Assembly: GCF_049075655.1 (NCBI RefSeq) | Contig: NZ_CP157522.1 | Location: 928,001-992,000 of the forward strand | From: Methanothermococcus sp. Ax23 | GTDB lineage: Archaea; AGJL01; Methanococci; Methanococcales; Methanococcaceae | Direction of reading: 5' to 3' | DNA: 64,000 bases | Shown: positions 42,967-55,081 of the stretch, piece by piece | How positions within the stretch are numbered: position 1 is the stretch's first letter | Layout of the letters: every line of letters starts with the position of its first letter | The notes under the pieces: generated by a model | The model's input: the letters and a program-made list of their open reading frames with translations, nothing else | Told to the model about the DNA's origin: nothing | The model's database searches: none | Position numbers and translations under genes: made by a program

Positions 42967-43269
42967 TTATTTGTTCATCCTTTCAATGTATCTTTTTAGC
43001 GTTTCCTCTGAATCGTAATTTAATGAAGTTTCCATCTCATTTAACTTTGTTTTAATATAGTCTATGCTTTCCTCTCCATCTATAAAAAATGCCTGATAAC
43101 TTGTGGTTCCGGATATATTAAATATTGCTACAACATTGTCGTTTTTTAGTTCCCTTTTGTCAATATTAGCCCTCATTCTTATACAGTCTGCCACTTCACT
43201 TTTTAACCCCTCTTCAACGCTTATTATACTTATTAATTTCGCTGTAAATGTATTTGCATTACACTCCAT
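42967..43269 (-). CDS. DUF749-like protein
   Basis: FTAKLISI...IFNISGTTSY. Confidence 0.65.
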   Translation of the reverse strand: MECNANTFTAKLISIISVEEGLKSEVADCIRMRANIDKRELKNDNVVAIFNISGTTSYQAFFIDGEESIDYIKTKLNEMETSLNYDSEETLKRYIERMNK

Positions 43270-43300
43270 GATATCACCATAATATTAATTATTTATCAAA

Positions 43301-44053
43301 TTAAATATTGAATAATTTTTTCGTGTTATTGTATATAATATTAACAATCTCATCATAGTTATAGGTCCCATCATTCTTTTTTATATCGTATATCTTTTCT
43401 ACAACTTTTGTTACATTTGTAGGCTGGTTTTTTTCCCCTTTCACAGGGGATAAATATGGGCTATCCGTTTCAACCACAATATTTTCCAAATCCAAATTCT
43501 TAACAAGTTCTTGGTGATGATTGGAAAAACAAACAAGTGTGGATATGGAAATATAATGATTGTTATTAATTAGTTCCTTTACAAGACTAATATCGCCACT
43601 ATAACAGTGAAACATGGATATTACTCGATTATTTATTAAATTGTAGCATTCTCTTTCAAGACCTCTTCCATGAATTATGACAGGTTTGTTCAGTTCCTCA
43701 GCTAAATTTACAAATTTATTAAATATTTCTTTTTGACGGCTTATATTTTGCACATTTACATCGAGCCCTATTTCACCAACCCCTAAAATTTCCTTTTCAC
43801 TCTGTTTTATTAGATTATATACTTTATCTATCACCTTATCATCAGCCCGCACATTACCGGGATGAAAACCCAAAGTTAGATATACATTATATTCTTCTTT
43901 GAGTTCCAATGCCCTTTTACACCCTCCGAAACTTGCACCACTAGTTATCATCTCCACATTTTTGTTTTTTGCGAGCTCTATAATTTCACGTCTATTTTTG
44001 TTAAATCCTTTATCTTCAATATGGCAGTGGGCATCAATGTATCTAAGTTTCAA
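43301..44053 (-). CDS. tatD: TatD family metal-dependent hydrolase/DNase
   Basis: DAHCH, GFHP, GEIGLD, ETDSPYL. Confidence 0.93.
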   Translation of the reverse strand: MKLRYIDAHCHIEDKGFNKNRREIIELAKNKNVEMITSGASFGGCKRALELKEEYNVYLTLGFHPGNVRADDKVIDKVYNLIKQSEKEILGVGEIGLDVNVQNISRQKEIFNKFVNLAEELNKPVIIHGRGLERECYNLINNRVISMFHCYSGDISLVKELINNNHYISISTLVCFSNHHQELVKNLDLENIVVETDSPYLSPVKGEKNQPTNVTKVVEKIYDIKKNDGTYNYDEIVNIIYNNTKKLFNI

Positions 44054-44077
44054 TTTTTCACCAAATTGTTATTTATT

Positions 44078-44545
44078 TTATTTTTCTAATTCTTTTATCA
44101 TAAATTCTTTTACCTTTTGTTCTTTATTTTTCGGAACATAGATTTTGAAATTTATAATAATTCTTATAACATCATCTCCATCTACCAACTTACATTCTTC
44201 AAGATATGCCTTTTGCTTATCGAATCTTAAATAAATTTTGCTTTTTTCAAGTCTTAAATCAATATCCTTTTTTAATTTAGTGATATTTCTCTCATTAGAT
44301 TTCACAAGTTGCATAATGTGATTAAATACTTTTTTGGCTATTTTGCTTTTATCTATTGTAATTTTATGAATAAAAATGGGATTTCCAAAACATCCTTCGG
44401 AATCTACTGTTTCAATCTCTAAATCTTCATCATCAATATTTTCCGGCAAAAAATATGCCATTGCTTCCAAAACTTTATCTTCATCTTCTGTGGCATGAGA
44501 AATTGAAGAAATGGTTATATTATTTATTCCAATATTCTCAGTCAT
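44078..44545 (-). CDS. Archaeal RNA-binding protein (COG1325 / DUF54-like)
   Basis: HATEDEDKV, G.FGNPI, YLRFDKQKAY. Confidence 0.8.
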   Translation of the reverse strand: MTENIGINNITISSISHATEDEDKVLEAMAYFLPENIDDEDLEIETVDSEGCFGNPIFIHKITIDKSKIAKKVFNHIMQLVKSNERNITKLKKDIDLRLEKSKIYLRFDKQKAYLEECKLVDGDDVIRIIINFKIYVPKNKEQKVKEFMIKELEK

Positions 44546-44882
44546 AATACACCTTCTGTTTTTATTTTTTATTTTTATATTTAGTTATTTATTTAAATTA
44601 TTTATTTAAAAAACATATATAATTTTAAATATACATGAATATAATTAAAACCAATATCTCGGTTAAAATAGGTATTTTTACATTTATTAAATGTTTTATT
44701 TATATTTTCTGCATTTTTTTAATATATTCAATTCATAAAATGCACAATATTTTTACGACATGTGCCGTATAACAAAAAGCTTTATATAATATATTTTATA
44801 ATGATTAATAATGATGGTTAGGATTGATTAGACAATAGCCTTAATAAATATTTTTCATTATATATCATAATGAGGTGAAGTG

Positions 44883-45413
44883 ATGATTGAAGTTAGATTT
44901 CATGGAAGGGGCGGTCAAGGAGCAGTTACTGCCGCTCAAATTTTAGCAAAAGCTGCTTTTTACGATGGTAAGTTCTCCCAAGCTTTTCCGTTTTTCGGTG
45001 TTGAAAGAAGGGGAGCTCCGGTGATGGCTTTTACAAGAATTGATGATAAAAAGATAAGGCTGAGAAGTCAAATATATGAGCCTGATTATGTTGTAGTTCA
45101 AGACCCAACACTTTTGGATACCACTGATGTTACAGGCGGTTTGAAAAAAGGTGGAAAAATTGTAATAAACACGAATAAGGACATAAAATTGGAAGGCTAT
45201 GAAGTTTATACAATTGATGCGACAGGCGTGGCTCTTGAAGTATTGGGGCTTCCTATTGTGAATACCGTTATATTGGGAGCATTTACTGGAGTTACAGGAG
45301 AAGTTAGTATTGACTCACTTAAAAAGGCAATTATGGATACATTCCCAAAAAAACTCGGAGAAAAAAACGCAAAAGCTGCGGAAGTTGCTTATAACATGGT
45401 TAAAGGGGAATAA
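44883..45413 (+). CDS. porC: Pyruvate:ferredoxin oxidoreductase gamma subunit
   Basis: [21 protein letters not shown]. Confidence 0.95.
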   Translation: MIEVRFHGRGGQGAVTAAQILAKAAFYDGKFSQAFPFFGVERRGAPVMAFTRIDDKKIRLRSQIYEPDYVVVQDPTLLDTTDVTGGLKKGGKIVINTNKDIKLEGYEVYTIDATGVALEVLGLPIVNTVILGAFTGVTGEVSIDSLKKAIMDTFPKKLGEKNAKAAEVAYNMVKGE

Positions 45414-45483
45414 GTATACTACACTACATAAATACATAAAACAGAGTAAAATAACAAAGATTAAAATTATATAAGGTGATTTG

Positions 45484-45741
45484 ATGGTTACTATTGGGAC
45501 CATAATATACGAACCAGGGAATTCCGTTAATAATAAAACAGGTAGTTGGAGAGTATTTAAGCCAATAATGGATAAGGATAAATGCGTAATGTGTGAAAAC
45601 TGCTTTATATTTTGTCCAGAGGGATGTATTAAGGAAAAAGATGGAAAATTTGAAATAGATTATGATTACTGCAAAGGATGCCTTATATGTGTAAAAGAAT
45701 GCCCTGTTAAAGCCATAAGTAGTATTAGGGAAGAAAAATAA
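45484..45741 (+). CDS. porD: Pyruvate:ferredoxin oxidoreductase delta subunit
   Basis: KTGSWR; two 4Fe-4S motifs; YDYCKGC. Confidence 0.95.
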   Translation: MVTIGTIIYEPGNSVNNKTGSWRVFKPIMDKDKCVMCENCFIFCPEGCIKEKDGKFEIDYDYCKGCLICVKECPVKAISSIREEK

Positions 45742-45831
45742 GGTTATAATTAATTATTTAATGCTGAGTTAATAGAAAATAAATATTTGCTTTTTTAGAT
45801 TAAAAATAGAATAGAGAAAGGTGGATAAATT

Positions 45832-46995
45832 ATGAGTAAAGTTAAAATTATCACTGGAACATCTGCTGCTGCGGAAGCTGCAAGGTTATGTGATGTGGAT
45901 GTTGTTTCAGCTTATCCGATAACTCCTCAGACAACATGTGTGGAAAAATTGGCAGAGTTTGTTGCAAATGGGGAGTTGGATGCAGAATTTATTAAAGTAG
46001 AAAGTGAGCACTCAGCAATGAGTGCATGTATTGGGGCAAGTGCAGCAGGTGCAAGGACTTTCACTGCAACTGCATCGCAAGGACTGGCATTAATGCATGA
46101 GACCTTGTTTATAGCGTCAGGTATGAGATTGCCAATAGTTATGATGAATGCAAATAGGGCATTGTCTGCTCCAATAAACATTTGGAATGACCAGCAGGAC
46201 AGTATATCTCAGAGAGATACTGGATGGATTCAAATATATGCTGAGGATAACCAAGAAACACTGGATTCACTAATTCAAGCGTTTAAAATTGCAGAACATG
46301 AAGATGTATTATTGCCCGTTATGGTTAATTTAGATGGTTTCATATTAACTCATACAGTTGAACCGGTGGAATTGCCTGATGAAGAAGAAGTAAGGGATTT
46401 CGTAGGAGTTTATGAACCTAAACATGCATACATGGACCCAGATAGACCAATAACACAGGGACCTGTTGGTGTTCCAAGTTGCTATATGGAATCAAGACAC
46501 GATGTTCAATTAGCTATGGATAATGCTGAAAAGGTTATAATGGATGTTAATGAAGAATTTGCAAAGAAATTTGGAAGAAAATACGGTAATGGATTAATAG
46601 AAACATACAACATAGAAAATGCAGAAACTGTGCTTGTTGCTATGGGCTCAGTTTGCGGAACAATTAAAGAAGTTATTGATGATTTAAAACAGAAAGGGAA
46701 AGAGTACGGTCTTTTAAGAATAAGAACATATAGACCACTTCCAATAAACCATATAAAGGAAGCATTAAAGAATGCGAAAAATATTGCCATTCTTGATAAA
46801 AACATAACGCTTGGTATGAATAAAGGTGCATTATATATTGATTTGGCAGCCTTCTTAAAGGACAAGAAAACTATTAATTACATCGTCGGTTTGGGAGGAA
46901 GAGATATCAAACCAGAAGATATTAAAGAAATTATGGAACATGCTGAAAAAGCAGAGGATGGAGAAACCAAGTGGGTAGGATTAAAAGAACAATAA
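45832..46995 (+). CDS. porA: Pyruvate:ferredoxin oxidoreductase alpha subunit
   Basis: AYPITPQT, ESEHSAMS, ATASQGL. Confidence 0.96.
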   Translation: MSKVKIITGTSAAAEAARLCDVDVVSAYPITPQTTCVEKLAEFVANGELDAEFIKVESEHSAMSACIGASAAGARTFTATASQGLALMHETLFIASGMRLPIVMMNANRALSAPINIWNDQQDSISQRDTGWIQIYAEDNQETLDSLIQAFKIAEHEDVLLPVMVNLDGFILTHTVEPVELPDEEEVRDFVGVYEPKHAYMDPDRPITQGPVGVPSCYMESRHDVQLAMDNAEKVIMDVNEEFAKKFGRKYGNGLIETYNIENAETVLVAMGSVCGTIKEVIDDLKQKGKEYGLLRIRTYRPLPINHIKEALKNAKNIAILDKNITLGMNKGALYIDLAAFLKDKKTINYIVGLGGRDIKPEDIKEIMEHAEKAEDGETKWVGLKEQ

Positions 46996-47046
46996 ATAAA
47001 AATTAAAATTAAAAAAATTAGGAAGAAGAATAATTTGGTGATAGAA

Positions 47047-47943
47047 ATGGCTGAAAAACAATTTCCAAGAGAGGAACATTTTGCTCCAGGTCATAGGGGT
47101 TGTGCAGGCTGTGGAGCAGCAATTATCGTTAGGCAGGCATTAAAAGCTGCTGGAAAAGATACAATAGTAGCAAATGCCACAGGATGTTTAGAGGTTATGA
47201 CCACACCATATCCTGAAACAGCTTGGAGAGTTCCATGGATACATGTTGCTTTTGAAAATGCCGCAGCTGTTGCAAGTGGTATGGAAAGTGCAGTAAAGGC
47301 TTTACAGAGAAAGAGAAAAAAATATGCCGATAAAAAAATAAATGTAATAGCATTTGGTGGAGATGGAGGAACAGCAGACATTGGTTTCCAGGCATTAAGT
47401 GGTGCCATGGAAAGAGGGCACAATATGGTATATATTATGTATGACAACGAGGCATACATGAATACAGGTATTCAAAGAAGTAGTTCTACACCATTACTTG
47501 CATCAACAACAACTTCTCCTGCGGGTAGTGTCATAAGAGGGGAAGATAGACCTAAAAAGGATATGCCTATGATTATGGCTGCACATGGGGTCCCTTATGT
47601 TGCTACCGCATGTTTGAGCTATCCTGAGGATTTCATGAATAAGGTTAAAAAAGCATGCGAAATAGATGGTCCAGCATTTATTCACGTATTCCAACCATGT
47701 ACTACTGGATGGAGATATGACCCAAAGGATACAGTAGAAATGGGAAGATTAGCAGTAGAAACTGGTGTATTCCCACTGTATGAAATCGAAAATGGAGAAT
47801 TTAGAATATCATACAAGCCAGTAAAAAGAAAACCATTGAAAGAATATGTAAAAATGCAAAAGAGATATAGGCATTTAACAGATGAAGATATTGAAATGTT
47901 GCAAAAATGCATAGATGAGAAATGTAAATTATTGGGATTATAA
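47047..47943 (+). CDS. porB: Pyruvate:ferredoxin oxidoreductase beta subunit
   Basis: GCAGCG, GGDGG TPP motif, [13 protein letters not shown]. Confidence 0.96.
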   Translation: MAEKQFPREEHFAPGHRGCAGCGAAIIVRQALKAAGKDTIVANATGCLEVMTTPYPETAWRVPWIHVAFENAAAVASGMESAVKALQRKRKKYADKKINVIAFGGDGGTADIGFQALSGAMERGHNMVYIMYDNEAYMNTGIQRSSSTPLLASTTTSPAGSVIRGEDRPKKDMPMIMAAHGVPYVATACLSYPEDFMNKVKKACEIDGPAFIHVFQPCTTGWRYDPKDTVEMGRLAVETGVFPLYEIENGEFRISYKPVKRKPLKEYVKMQKRYRHLTDEDIEMLQKCIDEKCKLLGL

Positions 47944-48041
47944 ATTTAATAAATTATACGATTTAAACCTTTAATTTATTCAAATTTTTTTATTTTAATA
48001 TAAATATTTTAATATAATTATACACGCTAATTGGTGTTATC

Positions 48042-48557
48042 ATGAAAAAGATAGTAATGATTAATGATAAGTGTGATAACTGCGGAGATTGTGTTAAAGC
48101 ATGTATGGGACTTCATGGAGTAAGTAGGATTGGTATATTGGAACATGATGGTAGATATTTGCCCGTAGTATGTCAGCATTGTGCGTCAGCACCCTGTAAG
48201 GAAGTATGTCCTGTTGAGGCTATTGAAAATAAGGATGGGGTTATTTACTTAGAAGAATCTAAATGTATAGGTTGTGGATTGTGTGCTATGGCTTGCCCAT
48301 TCGGTGCTATTTCTATGTCCGATGTGGCACACAAATGCTCACTGTGTATGGAACAGGAAGATGATGAATGTGCCTGTGTTAAAGCATGTTCAAAGAGATG
48401 TTTGGATTTGGTAGATATATTTGATATTGTATTTGATAAAAGAGTTAAAAATCTTGAAAACATGTCCAAATTAAATTTAAAGTCCGGTAAAAAAGAAGGT
48501 GGCACTCTTTTATCAAAAATCGCCAGTTCTGCAAAAGTGGGTAATCCACTGAAATAA
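48042..48557 (+). CDS. porE: POR-associated polyferredoxin-like subunit
   Basis: Multiple CxxCxxC motifs, VCQHCASAPC; follows porB as in Methanococcus. Confidence 0.85.
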   Translation: MKKIVMINDKCDNCGDCVKACMGLHGVSRIGILEHDGRYLPVVCQHCASAPCKEVCPVEAIENKDGVIYLEESKCIGCGLCAMACPFGAISMSDVAHKCSLCMEQEDDECACVKACSKRCLDLVDIFDIVFDKRVKNLENMSKLNLKSGKKEGGTLLSKIASSAKVGNPLK

Positions 48558-48588
48558 ATTTTTACAGCTTAACTAAGTGGTGAGTAGT

Positions 48589-49005
48589 ATGAAACTAATG
48601 CCTAATATTAAACTCTGTGTAGATTGTAAAAGGTGTGAAAGGGTTTGTCCGACCAATGGAATGTTTGTTGTTGAAGGCGTCCCTGTAAAATGTATGCACT
48701 GTGAAGATGCACCATGTTTAAATGTATGTCCTGAATATGCCATTGAAAGAATAGATGATAAAGTAGTGGTCCATAAGGAGAAATGTGTGGGATGTGGATT
48801 ATGTATGGATGCCTGCCCATTCGGTGCCATGAGGATGAATCATAATTTAGGAGTAGTATTTAAATGCGATGGATGCTATACAAAAGATGAAGAATTATGT
48901 AAAATCGTCTGCCCTACTGGTGCATTAGAATACAGTGAAAAAACAGTGGAAAATAAACAAAAAGAACTTGTATCAAAACTTAAAAAAATATATTCTTACA
49001 TTTAA
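48589..49005 (+). CDS. porF: POR-associated 4Fe-4S protein
   Basis: CVDCKRC, CMHCEDAPC, CVGCGLC; follows porE. Confidence 0.85.
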   Translation: MKLMPNIKLCVDCKRCERVCPTNGMFVVEGVPVKCMHCEDAPCLNVCPEYAIERIDDKVVVHKEKCVGCGLCMDACPFGAMRMNHNLGVVFKCDGCYTKDEELCKIVCPTGALEYSEKTVENKQKELVSKLKKIYSYI

Positions 49006-49033
49006 TTTTGTATCTATTTTCTATTTTTTATCT

Positions 49034-49552
49034 TTATTTTATTTGAAGTGGAATTAAGTTAGGTTTTATCATATTATTTTTAATTTCAATTTTCATAATG
49101 GTTTTAAGTGGAAACCTTGGAACTGTTGGGCTCCCGGGATTTAATAAAAGGATTTTTTTGTTTAATTCAGGTATTTTTATTTCTTTTATAAGTGGAATAT
49201 GAGTATGTCCAGATATGAGCACATCTAAATCTTTTTCTAAGCTGTAATATTTCATCTTTAATAAATCCCCCCTGGGATAAATTATGTCCCCATGGATAAT
49301 GCCTATTTTAAAGTTTTCAATATTCAAAACTTTCTCCCTTGGAAGTTCGAGATGGTCCATATTTCCCTTAACTGCTATTACTTCCGCCATATCATTTAAT
49401 TCATCTAAAATAGATTTTGACGTTAGGTCTCCACAATGGATTATTATATCTACATCTGAAAACTGTTTATAAACCTCTTTTGGTATTTTATCTACCCTAT
49501 CGCCCATGTGGGTGTCTGAAATAACACCTATAATCAATTTATCACCTACCAT
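49034..49552 (-). CDS. YfcE-type metallophosphoesterase
   Basis: SDTH, HCGD, GNMD, HG, GHTH, NPGS. Confidence 0.92.
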   Translation of the reverse strand: MVGDKLIIGVISDTHMGDRVDKIPKEVYKQFSDVDIIIHCGDLTSKSILDELNDMAEVIAVKGNMDHLELPREKVLNIENFKIGIIHGDIIYPRGDLLKMKYYSLEKDLDVLISGHTHIPLIKEIKIPELNKKILLLNPGSPTVPRFPLKTIMKIEIKNNMIKPNLIPLQIK

Positions 49553-49765
49553 TTTTCATAAAACTGGTTTAATGATATATACAAAATATGGTTGAAAATA
49601 TATAAATAAATTTGGATATATTATATAAAATTGAATGATAAAATATTTATGAAATAACCCTTGGAAAATATAAAAAAGTATAATATGCCTATTTATTGGA
49701 TAGATTGCTTAAAATAAAGATGATGGAAATAAGAAAAAACAGCAAAAATCCTTTTAATAAAAAGT

Positions 49766-50071
49766 GGCTTCCTTGGGGTGGATATGAGCTCCTACTGTCC
49801 ATCTACCCCAAGTCCTACTCGATTCCGCTACCCTGTGAGCGTCGGTGTCCCACCTACCGCTGCTCCCTTCCGGGCCTGACGGGGTTCGGTGGATTAAGGA
49901 GGTTTGCCCACTCCCTACAGAGTGGGTCCCTCCACCGCCTTACCCCACAGGACGAAATGTCAACGCAGAACTTGGGAATGAACAGTAGAATGCCCATACC
50001 GCCCCCAAGTTTTCGGCTCCCGCATAAGACGATTTCGGGTTACAGGGGACGCCTAACCCCCCAGCCTAGCC
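49766..50071 (-). ncRNA. ffs: Archaeal SRP (7S) RNA
   Basis: GC-rich ~305 nt; minus strand has helix 8 CCGTCAGGCCCGGAAGGGAGCAGCGG and the Alu-domain TGTAACCCG; ends approximate. Confidence 0.95.
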
Positions 50072-50265
50072 AAATTACTATTTATATTTAACGTATATAT
50101 ACTTTACTATTATTATTTGATATTATCCATCTATTATCTATTATTTGTCTATCTGATATATCTTTAATTTAATTAAAAAGGAAAATATAAATATGTGGTG
50201 TTATAAAATTGAGTATATATTAAATTATATTATGATTAATATTTATTTATGTAAAGGAGGATAGT

Positions 50266-51363
50266 ATGAGACTAGTCAATGAAGCATTATCGAAGAACAA
50301 CGATGAATTATACAATAAACAAATTTCAAAAGATGATTTTGGAAATGCCAGTATTATTGTAGTTGGATGTGGCGGTGCAGGGAACAACACAGTTCATAGG
50401 CTTATGGAAATAGGTATTGAAGGTGCGGAAACCATAGCCCTTAATACCGACAAACAGCATTTAGAGCATATAAACGCTGATAAAAAGATTTTAATCGGTT
50501 CCACATTAACAAGAGGGCTTGGAGCAGGGGGCTATCCTGAGATTGGAAAAAAATCAGCTGAGCTCGCAAAAAATGTTTTGGAAGATGTTTTAAAAAATGC
50601 AGATTTAGTATTTGTCACTGCTGGAATGGGTGGTGGAACAGGAACTGGTTCTGCGCCAATTGTAGCAGAAATAGCAAAAGAAAATGGTGCAGTAGTTATT
50701 GGAATGGTTACATATCCTTTTAAGATAGAAAGAGCAAGGTTGAAAAAGGCCGATGAAGGTCTTGCAAGACTAACTGAAAGTTGTGACACAGTTATTGTAA
50801 TTGACAATAACAGACTTGTTGATTTTGTTCCAAACTTACCTATAAATGAGGCATTTAAAGTTGCAGACGAAATAATAGCTCAGGCAGTTAAAGGTATCAC
50901 TGAGACCATATCTAGAAAGAGCTTAATAAATATAGATTATGCCGATGTGAGGTCAATTATGACCGATGGTGGAGTGGCAATGATTGGTGTTGGTGAAGTA
51001 GATTATGAAACAAAAGGAGATAGGGTTGAAAAAGTTGTTAAAGATACATTAAGCTGTCCTCTTTTAGATGTAGATTATAAAGGTGCCACAGGAGCTCTGA
51101 TACATATCACGGGAGGTCCTGATTTAACACTTGGAGAGGCTAACAGAATCGGGGAAGGCATCACTGAAAGCATGGAATCTAATGCAAATGTGATATGGGG
51201 TGCGAGAATTGACCCTACCATGGAAGGTTGTATTAGAGTTATGACAATAATAACTGGTGTGAAATCTTCAAGTATATTAGGAAGTGGAGAGATGCCAAGA
51301 AGAATAATACCTAAATCTTCTCAAAAAAGTAAATCATCATTAGGTATTGATTATATTGTATAA
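50266..51363 (+). CDS. ftsZ: Cell division protein FtsZ
   Basis: [24 protein letters not shown]. Confidence 0.97.
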   Translation: MRLVNEALSKNNDELYNKQISKDDFGNASIIVVGCGGAGNNTVHRLMEIGIEGAETIALNTDKQHLEHINADKKILIGSTLTRGLGAGGYPEIGKKSAELAKNVLEDVLKNADLVFVTAGMGGGTGTGSAPIVAEIAKENGAVVIGMVTYPFKIERARLKKADEGLARLTESCDTVIVIDNNRLVDFVPNLPINEAFKVADEIIAQAVKGITETISRKSLINIDYADVRSIMTDGGVAMIGVGEVDYETKGDRVEKVVKDTLSCPLLDVDYKGATGALIHITGGPDLTLGEANRIGEGITESMESNANVIWGARIDPTMEGCIRVMTIITGVKSSSILGSGEMPRRIIPKSSQKSKSSLGIDYIV

Positions 51364-51437
51364 TTAACTTATTATATTTATCTTATATTGTATATATTTT
51401 ATATTTTTATATCATAACAACTTATTTTTGTGAAACC

Positions 51438-51950
51438 ATGAAAGCACATGAGAGGCTTTTATTAAGCTTGGATTCGGATAAATTTACAGATGAATTTAAA
51501 AAAATTCTACTGGAACTTAATATACCCTTGAAGGAGTTTTCTGAAATATCTGACATACCATACAGCACACTTTATAAAATAGTGCAAGGGAGGGATTTTA
51601 GGGTATCTACCCTCAAAAAAATCATAGATACTATAAAGGAATTTGAAAAAGATAAAGATGAGATTGATAAAATAGCTGTGATTGCGGCTAGGCCTTCATT
51701 AAACAAAATAAAAACTAAAATATTCTCTGTAAAAGGTAAGGACTACCTATTAAAAGAATATCCTGCAAATTCCTTAGAAGACTGTATCACTGCATCGATA
51801 CAGGCAGAAAGGGAAGGGGTCAAGGCGATAATTTGTGCCCCTATTGTAAGTTCGAGCATTGAAAAAGTTGTAAGAGTTCCTGTTGCTGTGGTCATACCTG
51901 AAAAGGATGCATTTATGAATGCTCTCGAAATCGTTGCAAATAAAATCTAA
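51438..51950 (+). CDS. XRE-type HTH transcriptional regulator (archaeal)
   Basis: IPYSTLYKI HTH; C-terminal IAARP and ICAPIVS. Confidence 0.8.
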   Translation: MKAHERLLLSLDSDKFTDEFKKILLELNIPLKEFSEISDIPYSTLYKIVQGRDFRVSTLKKIIDTIKEFEKDKDEIDKIAVIAARPSLNKIKTKIFSVKGKDYLLKEYPANSLEDCITASIQAEREGVKAIICAPIVSSSIEKVVRVPVAVVIPEKDAFMNALEIVANKI

Positions 51951-52044
51951 AAAATAACAATTTCTTTTTTGTTGTCTATCCTATATAATAAAAAGAGCAA
52001 AGAAAAGAAATAAATTTATAAAATGTATTATTTGAGTATTTTAA

Positions 52045-52830
52045 TTATTTTATTTTTTCCACAAATGAATTGATTCTCTTCATATTTTTTGATAATATTT
52101 CATCTATTTCTGGGGCAATATCTTCATCTAAACAGCTTACAGTTATTGCAGGAGCATTTACTTCACTTATAAACTTTTTAGCATTTTTCTCGTGGAATAG
52201 CATTCCCTCATAGTATTTCAAATTAGGCATGGCATAAAGCACTCCGTCGAGCTCCCTTATTTCATTACATGAATCAAGCACAGTATCGATAGTTAGAGTC
52301 ATAGTTCCAGATGTTTTCGAAACTTTCGATGACCTAAATGTGTTTAACAGACCTCTTTTTTTACCGGTATTTAGTCTTTCCATGGAGTTGTCTATTTCAA
52401 AAACATCTATATCGTATGTGCATTTTGGATTTTCTACAATAAGCACATCTGGATTAAATTGTGATAAAATTTCTGGTTCTATACCGCCTATTCCAGTTAT
52501 ATCAACAATCAAATCAGGGTTTAGTTTTCCATTTCTTAATGCTAAATTGAATTTGTTTGAATCCATAAATGTTATTTTTTCGTTGATTATTATATCTTTT
52601 AAATGTGGATAGACATCTACAAGTATTACCTCATCTGAATCTCTTATTAGTGAGTGAGCCATATAATTTCCACATAAATAAGCACCAAAAACAATAGCTT
52701 GTTTAAATTCCTGCCCTTCTAAAAAGTATTTTATGGCGTTTGTCTTTTTTTCTACAATGTCATAAATAATATCTTTAACTTTTGTTTTTGATTCTATTGT
52801 TTTTACAGTTTCTGTTATGCCATATTTCAT
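52045..52830 (-). CDS. hcgC: FeGP cofactor biosynthesis methyltransferase HcgC
   Basis: MKYGITE, GAYL.G, DITGIGG, KTSGTMTLT; adjacent to hcgB. Confidence 0.88.
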   Translation of the reverse strand: MKYGITETVKTIESKTKVKDIIYDIVEKKTNAIKYFLEGQEFKQAIVFGAYLCGNYMAHSLIRDSDEVILVDVYPHLKDIIINEKITFMDSNKFNLALRNGKLNPDLIVDITGIGGIEPEILSQFNPDVLIVENPKCTYDIDVFEIDNSMERLNTGKKRGLLNTFRSSKVSKTSGTMTLTIDTVLDSCNEIRELDGVLYAMPNLKYYEGMLFHEKNAKKFISEVNAPAITVSCLDEDIAPEIDEILSKNMKRINSFVEKIK

Positions 52831-52834
52831 ATTA

Positions 52835-53335
52835 TCACCAACGATTATCTGTAATTCCAATCCTTTTTAGTGCATCGATTAATTCATTTTTTACTGTGTC
52901 TTCAATGCTTTCTTTATGTATAATTGACGATGGAGATAATGAACCTGTTAGTATCCTCCCTTTATTATCCATAATCAATAACATTGAGCCAGAACCTGGA
53001 ACGCCGAACCTACCTCTTGCAATAACAATATCTGCATTTGAAGTATCCACGGCAATTAAGCCCTTATTTAATGCAGGCATCCTTGTTAAATCTGAAACTT
53101 CTGTGGGCATATCTATTTTTGATACAACTATATTCTTATTTTTTTCTTTATCCAATATCTCTAAGAGAATATCCCTTACTACTTTAAATTTTTTTGGATT
53201 GTTTGTTGCAACAACAATATTTTTTGCATTTAATATTGTCTGTTTAATCAATTCAACCTCTTCTTTTTTATCTCCCTTTCTAGTTCCATTGTATGATTCA
53301 ACATAGGCGCACTTTATAGATTCTTCAATTTTCAT
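52835..53335 (-). CDS. hcgB: FeGP cofactor biosynthesis guanylyltransferase HcgB
   Basis: RKGDKKEE, DLTRMPAL.KG, ARGRFGVPGSGS. Confidence 0.9.
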   Translation of the reverse strand: MKIEESIKCAYVESYNGTRKGDKKEEVELIKQTILNAKNIVVATNNPKKFKVVRDILLEILDKEKNKNIVVSKIDMPTEVSDLTRMPALNKGLIAVDTSNADIVIARGRFGVPGSGSMLLIMDNKGRILTGSLSPSSIIHKESIEDTVKNELIDALKRIGITDNRW

Positions 53336-53388
53336 TTTTTCCCTATTTTTTATAGTTTTAAGTTTTGCCGCTTTTACTTTACTGCTTT

Positions 53389-54894
53389 TTACTGCCTGTA
53401 TTTAACCTTTTTAAGCCAGTTCAATTCATTCTTGTGGAGCTCCCTTATATCAGTTAATCCCAATCTGAGCATAGCCAACCTACTCAATCCAATGCCCCAT
53501 GCTAAAACTGGTTTTTCTATTCCAATAGGTTTAAGCACCTCAGGTCTGAATATTCCAGCTCCAAGAAGTTCTAGCCATCCTTTTCCTTCCAAATAAACCT
53601 CTGCCTCCAATGAAGGTTCTGTAAATGGGAAGTATGCAGGTCTTACTCTGACTTTATCAAAGCCTAATCTATTTAAAAATTCCACTAAGATGCCCATTAG
53701 GTTATCAAAATTAACATCATCATCCATAATTATTCCTTCACACTGATAAAATTCAGGAAGATGCTTATAATCAATAGCTTCGTTCCTAAATACCCTATCT
53801 ATACAAAATACCTTATGGGGCTGGTTTTTTTCTTCATCCGATAATGAAGCTAAATATTTTATTGATGAAACGGTTGTATGGGTTCTTAAAACTGTTCTTT
53901 TGGATATATTTTCGTCAAATTTATAGCCCCATCCCTTAGAAATCTTTTCACCATCGGCAATACCGTTCTCATGTATATCTTTCACTTTTTTTAGGAGCTC
54001 AGCTGGAACATCCCCTTTGTCAGGGTATCTTAAAAAGAATGTATCCTGCATATCCCTTGCTGGATGGTCTTGTGGTTCAAATAATACATCAAAGTTCCAA
54101 AATTCTGTCTCAACGATAGGGTTTTTTACTTCTTTGAATCCCATTCCAATTAAAATATCCTTAACTTCGTGTATCACTCTTGCCATAGGATGCAGTTTTG
54201 CAGGATATATATCTTCTGTTGGGATATTCACATCATAAGGTCTTATGTGGCATTCTTTCCATTTTCCGCTGATGATATGTTCTCTGGTTAATTGGGAAAT
54301 TTCTTCCTTTATTTCAATTGGATTTTTTATGAATTCCTTTCCTTTTTCTGTTAATTTAATTGTCCTATCGACTATTTCTTCAACTTCAATAAATCCTCTT
54401 TTTTTCAAGTTATCAAGGGCTTTTGCATTTTTATATTCTTCTAAATTATTATTTATTTTTATTTTTTTTAGGAGCTCCTCCTCTTCATCCACATAATCTA
54501 AATTGTCTATAACAATATTCCCTTTATCAATTTTCGCAATCTTTTTTTTCTTCAAATTTCCCAATGCAGGGCTTATTTCAGCTTTATCCAATATATTTCC
54601 AAGGTCTTTAATTGGTATTGAATTTACACCTTTTTCTTTTAAATAATTTGCAATTTTTCTTTCTGGAAGACCTTCATTTAATGCCTTTTCTCCCCTTTCT
54701 GTTAATCTGACATATTCTTTTTTATTCTCAATAATTTCTACCAGTTCCTTTCCGGATAACCATAATGCAGTTCTCATAACCTTTGTTTCTGAACCCATTA
54801 ATTCATTTTTTGCTAACTCTTCAACTGTGATTTCATCTTTCCCGCTGTCTTGAAATATTTTTAGAAGTTTCTTCTCATCAATATGAAGTTCCAT
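53389..54894 (-). CDS. pheS: Phenylalanine-tRNA ligase alpha subunit
   Basis: [23 protein letters not shown]. Confidence 0.97.
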   Translation of the reverse strand: MELHIDEKKLLKIFQDSGKDEITVEELAKNELMGSETKVMRTALWLSGKELVEIIENKKEYVRLTERGEKALNEGLPERKIANYLKEKGVNSIPIKDLGNILDKAEISPALGNLKKKKIAKIDKGNIVIDNLDYVDEEEELLKKIKINNNLEEYKNAKALDNLKKRGFIEVEEIVDRTIKLTEKGKEFIKNPIEIKEEISQLTREHIISGKWKECHIRPYDVNIPTEDIYPAKLHPMARVIHEVKDILIGMGFKEVKNPIVETEFWNFDVLFEPQDHPARDMQDTFFLRYPDKGDVPAELLKKVKDIHENGIADGEKISKGWGYKFDENISKRTVLRTHTTVSSIKYLASLSDEEKNQPHKVFCIDRVFRNEAIDYKHLPEFYQCEGIIMDDDVNFDNLMGILVEFLNRLGFDKVRVRPAYFPFTEPSLEAEVYLEGKGWLELLGAGIFRPEVLKPIGIEKPVLAWGIGLSRLAMLRLGLTDIRELHKNELNWLKKVKYRQ

Positions 54895-55081
54895 TATTCC
54901 ACGCTCCAAATTATGTATTTTTACAAATAAATCCTTAAAACCATATTTTAATATAAATCATACTTAAATATCATTTATATTTAAATAGTTATTAAATATA
55001 TAATTTATCCATCTTTTTTAATTCAATTATGGATTTTATGAATAAACTACATATAATTTAAATACTAAATATGGTGAGTTT

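Noticed and set aside
49696-50091. 131-aa ORF
   Set aside because: Antisense to the SRP RNA; open only because of high GC.
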